DNA from: Mobula hypostoma
Lineage: Eukaryota
Reading direction: 5' to 3'
Length of the DNA stretch: 64,000 nucleotides
NCBI RefSeq assembly: GCF_963921235.1
Contig: NC_086097.1
Span: 163,000,001-163,064,000, forward strand
Shown here: one piece after another, positions 38,320 to 51,889 of the stretch
Layout: each line of letters begins with the position of its first letter
Position numbering within the stretch: position 1 is the stretch's first letter
Made by a program: the position numbers and the translations under genes
The notes under the pieces: generated by a model
Seen by the model: only the letters and a program-made list of their open reading frames with translations
Database searches by the model: none
Told to the model about the DNA's origin: nothing

Positions 38320-39290
38320 TAGAGCTCTACAGCACAGAAACAAGCCCCTCAGCCCAGCTAGTCTATGCCAGTCTGATCTGCTGCCTCGTCCCATCTACCT
38401 GCCCTCATACCTCTCTCATCCATGTAGCTATTCAAACTTCTCTTAAATATGACAATTGAGCCCGCATCTACCACTTATAACCATACAACAATTACAGCAC
38501 GGAAACAGGCCATCTCGGCCCTTCTAGTCCGTGCCGAACTCTTACTCCCACCTAGTCCCACCGACCTGCACTCAGCCCATAACCCTCCATTCCTTTCCTG
38601 TCCATATATCTATCCAATTTAACTTTAAACGACAACATCAAACCTGCCTCAACTACTTCTGCTGGAAGCTCGTTCCACACAGCTACCACTCTCTGAGTAA
38701 AGAAGTTCCCCCTCATGTTACCCCTAAACTTTGCCCTTTAACTCTCAACTCATGTCCTCTTGTTTGAATCTCCCCCACTCTCAACGGAAAAAGCTATCCA
38801 CGTCAACTCTATCTATCCCCTTCATAATTTTAAATACCTCTATTAAGTCCCCCCTCAACCTTCTATGCTTCAAAGAATAAACTTCTGGCAGTTCATCCTA
38901 CAACACCCTCTGAGTGAAGAAGTTTCCCTTCAAATTACCCTTAAAAATTTCAGCTTTCACCTCCAGTAAACATTTGACTTCTAGCTCTAGTCTCACCCAA
39001 CTTCTGTTGGGGGGGGGGAAGCCTGCTTGTATTTACCCCTATCTATACCTCTCATAATTTTGTATAGCTCTATCAAATCCTCCCTCATTCTCCTACGCTC
39101 CAAGAAACAATGTCCTAACCAATTCAACCTTCCCCAATAACTCAGGCTCTTGAGTCCTGGCAACATTCCTGCACTCTTTTAAGCTTATTGGTATTTTCCC
39201 TGTAGGTAGGCAAACTGCACACATTACTCAAAAATTGGCCTCAGCAATATTTAATCCAACTTCAACAGAACATCCCAACTCCTGTACTGA
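38320..39290 (-). mobile_element. CR1 LINE fragments (younger copy at about 38477-38880 nested in an older one)
   Basis: Reverse-complement CR1 3' end (acagcacggaaacaggcc..ctctgagtaaagaagttcccc..) duplicated in nested form. Confidence 0.75.
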
Positions 39291-39372
39291 GTGATGAGTG
39301 ATCCACCAAAACCCTGTTTTAAAATGTACCTTCCAGCAGGTATTTGATACCTTTCTATGAAGATGACATTAC

Positions 39373-39615
39373 CTCTCCATGCTCCAATGGGACGAGCCTG
39401 GAATAATAAGAAGTGCAGATCACTTCGTCATCTCTTTTGTAGGTTGGCGGCCCAATTCGAGGCACAATGTTGTATCGGGTCAAGCACTCAGTATCACTTG
39501 TGGCATAGTACTGCCATGGTTCAAATGTAACGCCATCGATTGAGCGCTCCAAAACCCAATTGCCAGGACGTGGAGAATTTGCTGCTTTAATGATAACATA
39601 GGCGACTTGAAAAAC
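39373..39615 (-). CDS. LAMA1: Laminin subunit alpha-1 coding exon (human exon 4 equivalent), LN domain
   Basis: 243 nt, ttag|GTT...GAG|gtaatg. Translates [81 protein letters not shown], recognised as the LAMA1 LN domain ([13 protein letters not shown] is alpha-1-like). Confidence 0.96.
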
Positions 39616-40315
39616 CTAAACAAGAGAAAGAAATGCAAATCAGACATGCTTACAAATACCTTTGCTTACAAATATCCGGCTGTTGGTGTGAGCTTTTGCA
39701 ATTAGCTCCATTTAAAATAATACATCACTTGCAACAAATGTCCAGAAGATGCAATTCTGATTATCACTTAATGACACTACCTGGAATGTTCACAATTAAT
39801 TACAGCATTTCAAAAATATAAATAAATGAGCAAAAATGACTGACAACATTTGTGACAAATTTTCAGTTTTTATTTCAGATTACCTGCAACTGTTGAATCT
39901 AGTGCCAGAAGTAAAAACAGACATATTGGCAAAGCACCTAGCACAACCACTGGAAGAATCCTAAAGCTCTTTACCAATAAGTACTGTAATGGTAATCAAC
40001 TTGCTCCCACAAAGATCAACCTGAAAATTGCCATATATATTCAGTTTTAGTGATAGCATTAAGGGATAAAAGTTGGCCAGAATCCTGGATGTAACACCTA
40101 TCACATTCTGAATCAATGCTATAGGAGATTTTACACCCACTCAAGAGCCCCAGATTGAGCCTCAGTTTAACATCTACCACAGAAACAATTTGTCAACCCT
40201 ACTTCTACCACTTAATAAAATCCTGGCTGACTTGACCTTGGCCTTGCTCTGCTATCCTACCTGTTACCCATGACAGTTGACTCCCCCTACAGACCAAAAT
40301 TCCATCCATAGCAGC

Positions 40316-40772
40316 GTGGTATCAGTGTGGTATGGCAATTGTCCTGTATCCCACCACAAAGCACTCCAGCGTGTGGTGAAAACTGCCCAGCGGATTATCG
40401 GCACCCAATTGCCCACCATTGAGAACATCTACCATGAACTCTGCCTGGGCAGAGCGAAAAGCATTATCAGGGATGCATCTCACCCTAACCATGGACTTTT
40501 TACTCTCCTCCCATCCGGTAGGCGCTACAGGAGCCTCTGCTCCCGCACCAGCAGACACAGGAAGAGCTTCTTCCCTGAGGCTGTGACACTGCAGTATTGC
40601 ATCCGTATTGTACTGTCTCAGTACTTTTATATTTGTGTGCTGTAGCACTTCTTTTATTCACAGTTATTTTGTAAATAACACTATTCTTTGCCAGATGCTA
40701 AATGCATTTCATTGGCTTTGTATCTGTACTCGGCACAATGACAATAAAGCTGAATCTAATCTAATCTAATCT
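40316..40772 (+). mobile_element. Rex1/Babar LINE 3' fragment
   Basis: VWYGNC..LQRVVKTAQRIIG..HP.HGLF.LLPSGRRYRS..SFFP; (taatc)n tail. Confidence 0.85.
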
Positions 40773-43700
40773 TGAATAATTTCAATTATTCACTCACCAC
40801 ATCCCTCTGTAGTAAAGATTTCAAAGAATTTAAAGCCCTCTATAAAATAAAAAACACATCATCTCATTCCTAAATAGGTAATCCATTATCCGGAAACTAT
40901 GCCTTTAGTTCTAGAATCATTTATGAGGAGAATCACCATCTCAACGTCTCCCCTATCAAGCTCTTACAGATCAAGAACAACTATCATTCATCAAAAGACG
41001 AATATGTCTAGGCCCGATCTCTTCAATCTTTCCTCATAAGACAGTTCCTTCATCCATGAATCAACCTGATAATTACTCTCTCAACTACCTCTGATGTGGG
41101 CACACCAGTGCTTAAATAGAGACCAAAGCTTCTCTCAGAATTCAGCTGTACAGTCTCACTAACACACAGGACATTTGCAGCAAGGCTTTCTGCTTTTTTA
41201 TATTCCATAAAGGTGTCACTCCATTAGCTCTCCTGGTCTACTGGAGTGCTGACTCTATGTTTAATGTATATGAGGATTCATAGATCCTGCAGCATTTTGC
41301 AGCCTCTCTACAATATTGTATATTTCCATTCTTCCTTTCCAAGTGAATAAACTCTCATTTACCCATATTATTCTTTTTCTGTTTTCCCATGAACTTAATC
41401 TATTTAAGTACCTTTGCAGACTCTTTGTGCTCTCCTCATCACCCACTCCCCACCTTTCTTTGTATCATTTGGAAATTTGGCTATGCTATACTGAGTTCCT
41501 TCAAGTGAGTTATTAATAAAGTCTGTCAATAGCCACACCATTCCCTGTAGCACCTCATTAATTACAGCTTTCCACCCTGAAAGTTACATAACTCTGTCTC
41601 CTGTTAATAAGTCTTCTTTCCCTAACATGGTTCCCAAAGCACTATAAACTATAACCTGATCCATCTCAATCCACACCTTCTGGGATTCTAAATACACTCT
41701 ATCCACTAGCATTCTTTTAACCACCCTGCTCTAACAAATCTTCAAACATGATTTCCAGCTTAAGACCACAATTGCTCTGCTTGATTGTATCACAATTTTC
41801 AAAATGCCCTATTTCTAGATTCTTAATAATGGGATCGCAATAATTTCCCAAGGAAGATATTAGGTTAACTGGGCTGCCTGTCTCCCTCTTTCCTTCTGAT
41901 AACAGCATAATGACTACCTGTGGGTAGGACTGAACAGTCAATGCTTCAGGCTGAGGTTTTTCATCAATAACTTCTTATGAGGTGCCTCAGCCCAAAGCAG
42001 CAACTGTTTATTTCTCGCCAGATGCTGCCTGACCTGCCGAGTTCCTAGCATTTTGTGTGTATTATTTGGGATTTTCAACATCTGAAGAATCTTGTGTTTA
42101 TGCTTATCGTTTTCCACTTTGCTAGGAAAATTTCCCAACTGTAGGAAACTGGAAAGCTATGATCAGTGTTTCTGTCCATCATGTCTGCAGCCACTTCTTT
42201 TATGACCTTAGGAGCCAACAATCAGCTCCAACAACCTGCTCCATCAGTACTTTGCTCGGGTGGAAGAGCATCCTTTTAGGTTTCTGTGTAAAACATTCTT
42301 GGTTTGAGGGTTGAAGGAGCAGTGGTGCTCAGTGAGCCACAGATTATTTCCAACTTCACACTATAAGTAAAATCTAAAATCACAAACAAGAGAAATCTGC
42401 AGATGCTGGAAATCCAAGCAACACACACAAAATACTAGAGGAACTTACAGGCCAGGCAGCATCTACAGAAAAGAGTACAGTCGATGTTTCAGGCCAAGAC
42501 CCTTCAGCAGAACTGGACAAAAAAGATGAGGAGTAGATTTAAAAGGTGGGGGGAGAGGGAGGGGAGGAGAGGGAAGTAAAATCTACAATGTGAAAATCGC
42601 ACTTTGTTAGAGAGCACTGTCGCAAAACGATGGACAAGAATCTAATGTACTGTACAACATGTGAACATGTGAATACTGACAGATGCTGAGTTATGAAAGG
42701 ATACCATTCCTGTGAACTGCGTGCCCATATAAGAACTTTTCTGTATGTCAGAAACATATAATTTCCTCTGTATTACTCTGCATACAGTTGCTATAATTCA
42801 TTCATTTGATTGCATACCTTCTATTTGTACTGTATGAATGCCCATAATTCAACTAACGGAAAATACACTGCATCCAGTTGTTAACGTATACCATGAACCT
42901 TTTTTTTCTTTTTTGTTAGGCTTCAGTAAAAATTAAAGGAGAATTTGTGTAAAGTTGTATTGCCATAATTCAGATCACTCATAAGCTGGAGAGCCCTCGT
43001 AGTGTAAACTGAACAATTCCTTGTGTTTTTGTTTACTTTGTTTTAGATTTCTAGCAGTTGCTGTCCAACTCCTATTAGAAAGGAGGCAACATATTGCAGT
43101 ATCCATGCGAGGACTACCAGACTCAAAAACAGTTACTAACTCCATCACTTCCATTAATCATTTTATACACAGCCTGGGGTCACTTTATGGACATAAGTTG
43201 AATTAGGTTCTGTAGACAAGCTATATTATGTATTTATATTTATTGTGTTTTAAAATTATTATTATTATTTCCTTTATCTTGTGTTTTCTTGGGTCTGCAT
43301 CATATCCGGAATAACAATTATTATTTTCTGCTTACACTTGTTTACAGGAAATGATATTAAACAATCTTGAATCTTGAGCTGTTACTCTCCCCATTTCAAT
43401 CAGAATTGGCCAAGTCTAGGAAAGCCTTTGCCATCATTACCTTTCAATTTAATTTTGTTGCTTGCAGTTTGAAAGAATAAACAAAAGTATAATATCTCAG
43501 ATAGCATGCAACATTTTCTAAATAAAATATGGTTGGAAAAAATATTTTTAAAGTAAAAGGGATAAAAAGATCCCAACTAAAATAATGAAGGGAAATACCA
43601 GGAGTGATTTTCTAGGCCCAGCACAAGTAGTAGTTATCTCACGCTTGATCTTTACTGTGTCACCAGGGCCCAAGAGCGTTGAAATTTTCTATGTTCTGAC

Positions 43701-44215
43701 TCCTCCACCAAGATGAAAACAGGAAGTAATTAAACATAGGCTGCCAAAGGGTCTAACAGCTCTTCCTGCTGGGGATAAAGTGGAGCAAAGTGGGGTGGCA
43801 CGCAGAGACTCTGAACATTATACCAGAGTATAGGAAGAGTAAAATTCTTTAATCATGAGTGTAATTCCTTCCTCCTTTAAGCTACTTCAGAGAAATCCCA
43901 GATCCCTGGATGTGAATTGTTATTCACATTCCCCTGAAAAGGACCCCCCACCCCACCTTATTTTAGCTGCTTGACTTTTCCCATGACTCAACTTCAATGA
44001 AAAAAATAGACCACCACAGCTTCATGTCTTCACTTTAAGTGTAAAACTATACTGCTGAAATAAACCAAGTGAATAAACAAGTAACATGCACACACAATTA
44101 AGTACCAAGAGGATATACCCATTCAGTGATGGGAAAGCAAAAAGGATCAAAATCTCATATATGGTGCAAATAACTTTTTCACTTTGTGCATTATTTTTTC
44201 TTAAATTTCTTACAG

Positions 44216-44434
44216 CTGCACTGGTTTAAATTATCTCTTCACCATTTCAGGGAACGCACAGACAACAGTCAAATCTGCGCACTTAACTCTCGAAATTAAG
44301 CAGGCGAAAAGAGCATTAGTTCTGTATCTCTGTTTAAATTTGAACAAAATGGACCTGGCATTTTCACCCCGCTGAGTAGATATAAAATAAAAATTCCTGC
44401 TGAAAGGCTTCCTTACACTAACAGACTCAGTCAG
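44216..44434 (+). pseudogene. Exon-like segment (73 codons, one stop)
   Basis: Strong acceptor ttttttcttaaatttcttacag| and donor CAG|gtaatc, phase 0/0. Confidence 0.4.
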
Positions 44435-47400
44435 GTAATCACTGTCCCACAAGAAGCGGCCTACAAAAGGCTTTAAGTGCCATTACTGAGGGAGTTTATC
44501 TCATCCAAAATGTCATTTGAAATCCAATCCATCAGGACATTCTTGACATTCTTGGAGATGCCCAAACAGGAACTCTGTTGACAAATGGCAATGACCTCTA
44601 ACCTGCAGCAGTGATTACTTTGGAAAACTGAGAAGCTAGTAGCAAAGAGCAGCTACCACTCAGCATCTCATCATACTCAGAGGTGTTTGCTTAAGAAACT
44701 CCTTCCTTCATTCCTCTTTCACTCAACCTTACCTGCATTTTTATTTCATGCTTGTAATTTCTTTAGTGGTTTATACCTTAAACATTTTTAGCCTGGAGTG
44801 ATCAATTCCATTTACTATACACCTCTAATCCTACTGTAATCACTCCCTCAGACTATTGAACAGACTTCTTGTGTGATAACATGGATCTTGACCTTCCAAT
44901 CAACCCTGTTGTGATCTTTCATTTTATTTACTGTACATGCATTGTATTTTTTCGGAAGCTTTTACATTTCATTTTACGTTGTTATAGGTTTACCTGATTT
45001 TACCTTAAAGTGCAATCATTTAATCAGTATGAACAGAATGCAAGACAAGCTTTTTCAATTTACCTTGATACATGAGGCAATAATAAATCAATACCAATAT
45101 CAATATAGTGCAAATAGCCATGAATTTCACCAGAGAATTGTTCACAAAAAGTGATTCACAACCATATTATAGAAATTTATAGTATATTTTATGCATTGCA
45201 TTGCACTGCTGCCACAAAAACAACAACTTTCATGACATAGGTCAGTGGTAATGAATCTCATTCAAATTGTGAAGGCACAGTTCCTGATAATTAGCAAATT
45301 AAATTCAAGAGCCCAGAATCAGAGAAAGGTAAGAACCATATGGGTTTTGATTAGATTACAAAGGTAGAAGCTCTGCCATTATTGAGAGGCCTGAAACAGT
45401 GGTGGCACTTAACTAGGGGCTAAAGTTCATCCCTGAGCATTACTAATGAGAGAACAAAAGGTTGATATGGGCAACAAACTCATAAATACTGGAGACACAA
45501 AAGACTGCAGCTACTGGAATTTGAAGCAACACACAAATTATAGGAGGAATTGAGCAGATCAGCTCGTCTCTATGGAGGGGAACAAACTGTCAACATTTTG
45601 GTTTGAGACCCTCAACTGGACTGAATAAAGGGTCTCAAGAAAAAGTCTTAACCGGAAACATCGGCTGTCTATTCCCCTCCACAGATGCTACCTGACCTGT
45701 GGAGTTCATCCAGTACTTTGTATGTAACCCATAAACAACTTCAGAAGACGGGCCACCAGAAAGTGTGTGAGGTTCAGCCTGACGACAATGCTCCATTCTG
45801 AGTCCTGTTCATCATTACTCTCCACAGAGCTAAAACTGGGACAAGAGTTTGAGGAGTAAAACATGGTATCCTACCAAATGCCTGGGTGCTAAGGTATAAT
45901 CCCAATCCTGATGTATAATATCATTAAAATAAATTGACCATGTCATTCCAGAGAGAACTGAAGGACCAAATTTAGAATACTTGCATATTGTGCCAGAAAA
46001 TGGGGCAAGGGTCTGTTTTCCTTGGAGTTTCATAGAATGAGGGGTGACCTTATTCAAGTATATAAGAGCCTGAGGGGGTCGGCAAGTTAAATGTTGAAAT
46101 GTTTTCACTTGTGGAAGAGTCACAAACAAGGGGACATAACCACAAAATAAAAGGTCTATCATTTAAAACTAAGGTATGTGAAAATGTAATCTCTCAGAGT
46201 GTGCTGAATCTCTGGAATTCTCTGCTCCAGAGGATAGTGGTGTATGATTATCAGATATAACTAAGGGGGAAATAGATAAATATTTGAAAGATTGGGAAAT
46301 TAGAGTTATGGGGAAATGGTACAGAAGTTACAACCAGCAAAGGGCAGCTACTTGGAGAGCTGGGGTGAAATTGGGGAGAACCATATGGGATTTGTACAAT
46401 GATGGTCAACTCAGACTTGATCAGAATCAGAATCAGGTTTATTATCACTGGCATGTGTCGTTAAATTTGTTAACTTAGCAGCAGCAGTTCAATGCAATAC
46501 ATAATCTAGCAGAAAAAGTAAATAAATGATGGGCCGAGGGGCCTGTTTCAACACTATGATCTATGAAACCAGGGCAGAATATGAGATACTATTAAAATCA
46601 ACTTCAAATTTGATGGGAAATATAACTGGGACTTTTCTCTGAGACTTCTGTGAAGTGTACACACGATGAACAAAAGTCAGATTAAAAAGTGGGTTTATTC
46701 AAATTCTTGGTAGGTCTGCAGCTCAACTATATTCTCCTACTTTTGTTCTATTAGATCCTAGGAAACAAGATCTGGAACTGTCCTTGGAGTAAACGGGAGT
46801 TGCTTACATCTGTGGTTAGTGTGTCAACCCGAATCACAGCAGGCTCAATAGAGGGAGAGATACTGGGGAGTAACACACTCTGACAATGTAGGCTGCTCAC
46901 TGCACCAGAATAAAACAACTTTCACACGCATTTGAAGCAAACAAAAAGGCAGCTGTTACAATCTATTGGTTCTCTGCTGAAGGCCAGTGAGGCCAGCAGG
47001 GAAATGGGATGTGAAGCATTCAAGGACAATAGAACTCTCTATATTATGCACAGTTCACACACAACAGTTACGATTGTGGTGGCTACCTACAAATTTAAAT
47101 ACAAGTAAACCGAGGTACACAGAAAGCTTCCCCAGAGTACACTACTTCCATTCATCCAATCAAAGCATTACTGCAACACAGGAGGTGGCTGGTCAGTCTA
47201 CCCCCACCATGCCTGCTCCTTATACAGAGCAATCTATTCCATCCCACCGCCCTGCTCATTCAATGTAGCCCTGCAACGTTTGTCCAAACCCACGTTAAAT
47301 TACATTAATACATGTCCTCACAAATTCTAGTCCCAACACACTCGGATCTGACACGACAGTTTAAAATTATCAGTTGAAGTCTTCACTCATAGGTTTCATG

Positions 47401-49109
47401 ACAGGATCACAAACTGAAAAAAGAGGCTACATTTAAACCCATGTTTGTGTGTGTGCGGGATCTGTGTACTTGTTCTGCTCAACTTTAACTTTGATACTGC
47501 TTCATTTCTCTGTTTTTTTGTCTTAGAACATTACAGCACAGGAACAGGTCCCTTGGCCCACAAAGTTGTGGTGAACCAGTTAGAAATCAAATGGCCAACT
47601 AAACTAATCTCCTCTGCCTACACAATGTCCATACCCTTCCACTTTCCTCACATTCACGTGTCCAACAAAATGTCTCTAACATATCTGCCTCTACCACCAC
47701 CCCAGGCAGTGAAATTACCTCATCTCGCCTTAAATGCATCCCGTCTGGTATTAGACATTTCAACCCTGGGAGAAATATACTGTCTGTCTGCTCTATCCAT
47801 GTCTCTCATGATCTCATAAACTTCTATCAGATCTCCCTTCAGCCTCCACTGTTCCAGAAAAACAACCCAGGTTTGTCCAACCTCTCATTACAGCACACAC
47901 CCTCTAATCCAGGCAGCATCCTGGTAAATCTCTTCTCTGCCCTTTCCAAAGTTTCAACATCCTTCCTAGAACTGAATGCAATACTCCAAATGCAGCCTAA
48001 CTAGAGTTTTACAAGTAAATCTCACAGTCGTATGTACTACATATATGTACAATGATAAATAAATTTACTTTGAACTTTGTACAAGAAGGAAAGAGATTTA
48101 GCAAGGTCATTCCAAAGTTGAGGGGCTTGGCAGCCAAAGAAGTAGCAGTGAACAATGACAGAGTAGACAGGGATTTGTCGGAGAAGCAGCTATTGCAAAG
48201 GGCAGCAGGGATGGTAGGGTGTGTGATAGGGAGCAGCATGACCATGACAGGACTGGAGAAAAGGAGATGGGAACATTAGCAGTGAGGCACTACCAGACAC
48301 AGATCCAGGATGGATCAGCAAACTGGGAATGTCGGGGAGGTCGTGGGATTGGTCAAAATGTGTGCAGGCCTTGTGAAAAAGAAGGTGGGCTGCAGAAGGT
48401 AGATAGAGGGGTCTCAAAATTTCCTTCCTAACCACTTTCCCTGTAGAAATGTTCGTGTTAATGTAAGTTGAGAAATCTTACTTCTTATTCAGATCAATAT
48501 TTTCACTAAAGTAATCAAAAGGAAGATTTCTGGGTCTTTGGTGGACATAGTTTTCTTTGTAAGCAAACTGCATATTTAAACATGAGCTTCAAAAAACTCC
48601 CTCTGAGAGCGGATGTCAGTCTGGTTGTTACCTGGGGGGCATATCGACCCCATGGCAGATTTTGAAGAGATCCCAATAATATGGAATACAGATGCACCAG
48701 GTCACTGGGTTACAATGCAGAAAAGTTCACACACTGTGGGAAACTAATCCGAGTTAAGAATTCGCTCCTTCTGCCTGGATAAACCAGGGGTACATTCCCT
48801 AGCACTTCTAAATCCACTCTCATTAACAAAAGGTTGTATCGGTTTTAACCCCAAGACACAGTCAAATACTCCTAGGCTGGCTTTTGGAAATGAATTGCGT
48901 GAAGAATAGTTAATAGTAATAATAAATATTTTATTGATCCTGAGTGGGAAATTCTATCGTTACAACAGCAACATTCAAAAAGCACACTTAGTAGCGTGCA
49001 GTTTTATCTATTAATGAAACAGAATAACAATATACACAATAATAATTGACCAATGTGCAGTAATTTATAATAATGTGCAATAATAATAATAATAGACTAT
49101 TGTACTATG

Positions 49110-49327
49110 ATCAAAGTTGCTGGTGAACGCAGCAGGCCAAGCAGCATCTATAGGAAGAGGCGCAGTCGACGTTTCAGGCCGAGACCCTTCGTCCGTCCTG
49201 ACGAAGGGTCTCGGCCTGAAACGTCGACTGCGCCTCTTCCTATAGATGCTGCTTGGCCTGCTGCGTTCACCAGCAACTTTGATGTATGTTGCTTGAATTT
49301 CCAGCATCTGCAGAATTCCTGTTGTTT
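49110..49327. mobile_element. Short PLE insertion forming a perfect 84-bp palindrome, with TSD
   Basis: 49110-49193 is the exact reverse complement of 49200-49283. The direct repeat actattgtactatgat lies at 49096-49111 and 49328-49343. Confidence 0.9.
49195..49229 (+). ncRNA. Minimal type I hammerhead ribozyme motif
   Basis: GUC-CUGACGA-AGGG-UCUCGG-CCU-GAAAC-GUC-GAC(U). Intact core; stem I GUC/GAC. Confidence 0.75.
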
Positions 49328-49395
49328 ACTATTGTACTATGATGTGTGTTCTCCTGCCGCACAGAGATGAACTGTTGCATATGCTTATTGCATTT

Positions 49396-49631
49396 TTTTG
49401 TGTGCCATTCTCTGCCAGAGCCTCAGCGACCACTTTTCAAGTGGCTGTCTTGGAGGAAAGATTCTGTGAGTGGTCCCCCACATCCTTCTCACAGCGCAGA
49501 TTTTTTTTACAAGGCCGAGTTGCGAGCTCCCGGCACGGATGGAAAGCATGCCCGGGAGTGGCCTGACTGAATTCGAACTCAGGAACTTTCGCTCGAGTCC
49601 GGCGCTGATGTCACTGCGCCACCAGCCGGTA
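49396..49631 (-). mobile_element. tRNA-derived SINE with TSD
   Basis: Minus strand: A box TGGCGCAGTGA, B box GAGTTCGAATTC, A tail. TSD cttattgcattt at 49384-49395 and 49632-49643. Confidence 0.8.
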
Positions 49632-51225
49632 CTTATTGCATTTGAAAGGCAAGATTTTCTGTAGCAACCCTTGTGACAGCGGAGCTGAATAAGTCTGTTC
49701 GAAAGAGTGCTCCGCTGCTTATTCAGTAGGTCATGGAAAGGATGTACCAGATTGTCCATATTGGTCAAATGCAGCCCAGAGTCCAAGCAAAGAAATAAGT
49801 CTCATGACATCAGCAGCATGTTCCTGGGAAGCCTCCTCACCTATGACTACCATGATAAAGAAGCAACTACAATGTTTTGATACTGAAATCATTTACAGAC
49901 CAGCCTGGTTAGAGATGTCAAATTTCATTCCTTATATTATTATTGGGTTTTAAGTAGGCCAACAATCATTTTTTTGGTCAAATTACTGATTGAAAAACTT
50001 AAATCCAAAATGGAATTTAAACCCCCAAGCTGTTGTGGTATGTTTTTAACTCATCTCTCCAGTTTGGCACAGAAGTGCAACTGTAAATCTCGCTGCCTCA
50101 CAACTCCAGTAACCCAGGTTTAATCCTTGCTTCAATGCTGTGTGGAGTTTGCACATTCTATCTGTGACCACATGGGTTTCCTCAGAAGCTCTGGATCCAT
50201 CCCACCTCCTAAAGACTTGTCAATTGAAGATTAACTTGTCACTAAGAGCTGTCGTTCATATAGGAGGGAGGATCAATAAGATGCTACTAGATAGATAAGA
50301 GGTAATAACTTACATGGAAGGAAGTGGAGGAAGGTGAATGATGGTTTACTCCTTCTCTGTTGTAAGAAAATACGAGTGATCACACTAAGATCATTTGTCA
50401 AGGATGATCAGGTGCCAATGATACTTGAAGCCATACTTCTAAAATCAAAACAATTGTTTGCCTGTCATTTTTACAGCACAAGTTGCCCCTTTACATTTAA
50501 GTAACAACTGGCACTACCTATTACATCTAATTCCCATTCTCTCCTCTCTGGCCCTCCAACCAACAGCTTGGATCTATAAGACCTGTAGAATTTCTCAGCA
50601 ACGTCTCCACCCTGTTTTACACCTAATTCCCCAATCTGTCATCTCTGTCTTCCTGCCCTACCAGTCATCATCTTGGATCCTTATGCCTTTCCCCATTTTA
50701 TCTAGCTGTTTCCTTAACAACCTTCTCCTCAACACTCATCAAACCCACCTTGTTGTATGCTGTCTCAGCCTTTAACATTTCTCCTTCATTTTGCCCAATC
50801 TCCTCCAGCCTTTGCCATGTCCCTTTCATGCAACAGACTCTCTGTTGAGTCCTTCATTCTGAACATCTGCTCTCTGCCAGCCATTAACATCCCTCTGCAA
50901 AGTCTCTCACTTGCCCCTAAACTCCACCTATAATCTTACCTGCATCACTGCACGACTCCCTAAGAACTCAGTTACGCCAGCCCCTGCATTCTAACCAAGT
51001 TGGTTTGCGTTCTGCTTCAACAAGGATCCCCACCCGTGAACAATGTCACGGGTAATCACGGGTGATGATTTTATAGGCAGGTAGGCTTTTCTACTTGTAT
51101 TACCAACTACTGAAAGCTCCTTGACAGAGCAGAACCTATCTAAAAAACAAGCATATGTAAACTCTAAAATGAAATAGTAGAAAATACATTAACTAGGTTG
51201 CATTATGTTAAGAGAATTAAAAATT

Positions 51226-51500
51226 GGCAGCACAGCGGATAGTGCATTGCTATTACAGCTGTGAGTGCTCAGTAGTTCAATCTCAGCACCGTTCTGTATG
51301 TTCTCCCCATGGAACGTGTGGGTTTTCCCTGTGTGTCCTGGTTTCCTCCCACAGTCCAAAGTCATATCGAGTAGGTTGATCGGTCATTGTAAATTGTCTC
51401 GTAATTAGGTTAGGGTTAATTGGGGTTGTGGGGTCGCTGGGGCAGTGTGGCTCAAAGGCCCAAAAGGGCCTGCTCAACACTGTATCGCTAAATAAACAAA
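51226..51500 (+). mobile_element. V-SINE (HE1-like)
   Basis: V-domain tatgttctcccc..gggttttccct..gtcctggtttcctcccacagtccaaag. Other copies at about 21770-21960 (+), 50063-50240 (+), 54620-54785 (-) and 19090-19280 (-). Confidence 0.75.
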
Positions 51501-51766
51501 GTTTATCATCACCTACCTATGTTGTGAAGTTTGTTTTATTTTACGGCAGTGGTCCAGTGCAAGACATAAAAATTACTATCTCAGTAACTAAGTAAATAAG
51601 CAGGCAGGCAAATAGATAGTGCAAAAGAGGAAAAGTGAGGTAGTGTTTTTGGACCATTCAGAAATCGGATGGCAGAGGGGAAGTTTAAATTGGTACCACT
51701 GTTGGCACAGACACTGTGGAGCAAAGCGCCTGTCCCTGTGCTGAATTGTTTCTATATTCGTGCCAG

Positions 51767-51889
51767 AAACTGAGGGGACATGGTGAAGTTATTAGAAGCC
51801 AAAGAAGTGAAGTAAATCTAGATGAAGAAGATGGGCTGAACGAGGAGGAGGAGAACGGGTTATCACTCAAGGCATCAAAAAAATCTAAG
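51767..51889 (+). pseudogene. Exon-like segment, open 41 codons, acidic/basic
   Basis: ttcgtgccag|AAA...AAG|gtaaac. KLRGHGEVIRSQRSEVNLDEEDGLNEEEENGLSLKASKKSK. Confidence 0.4.

Noticed and set aside
114..39615. Assignment as LAMA2 rather than LAMA1
   Set aside because: Residues such as [23 protein letters not shown] and GHASSCPWD, together with the exon lengths, fit alpha-1 better by my recollection. A phylogeny would confirm this.
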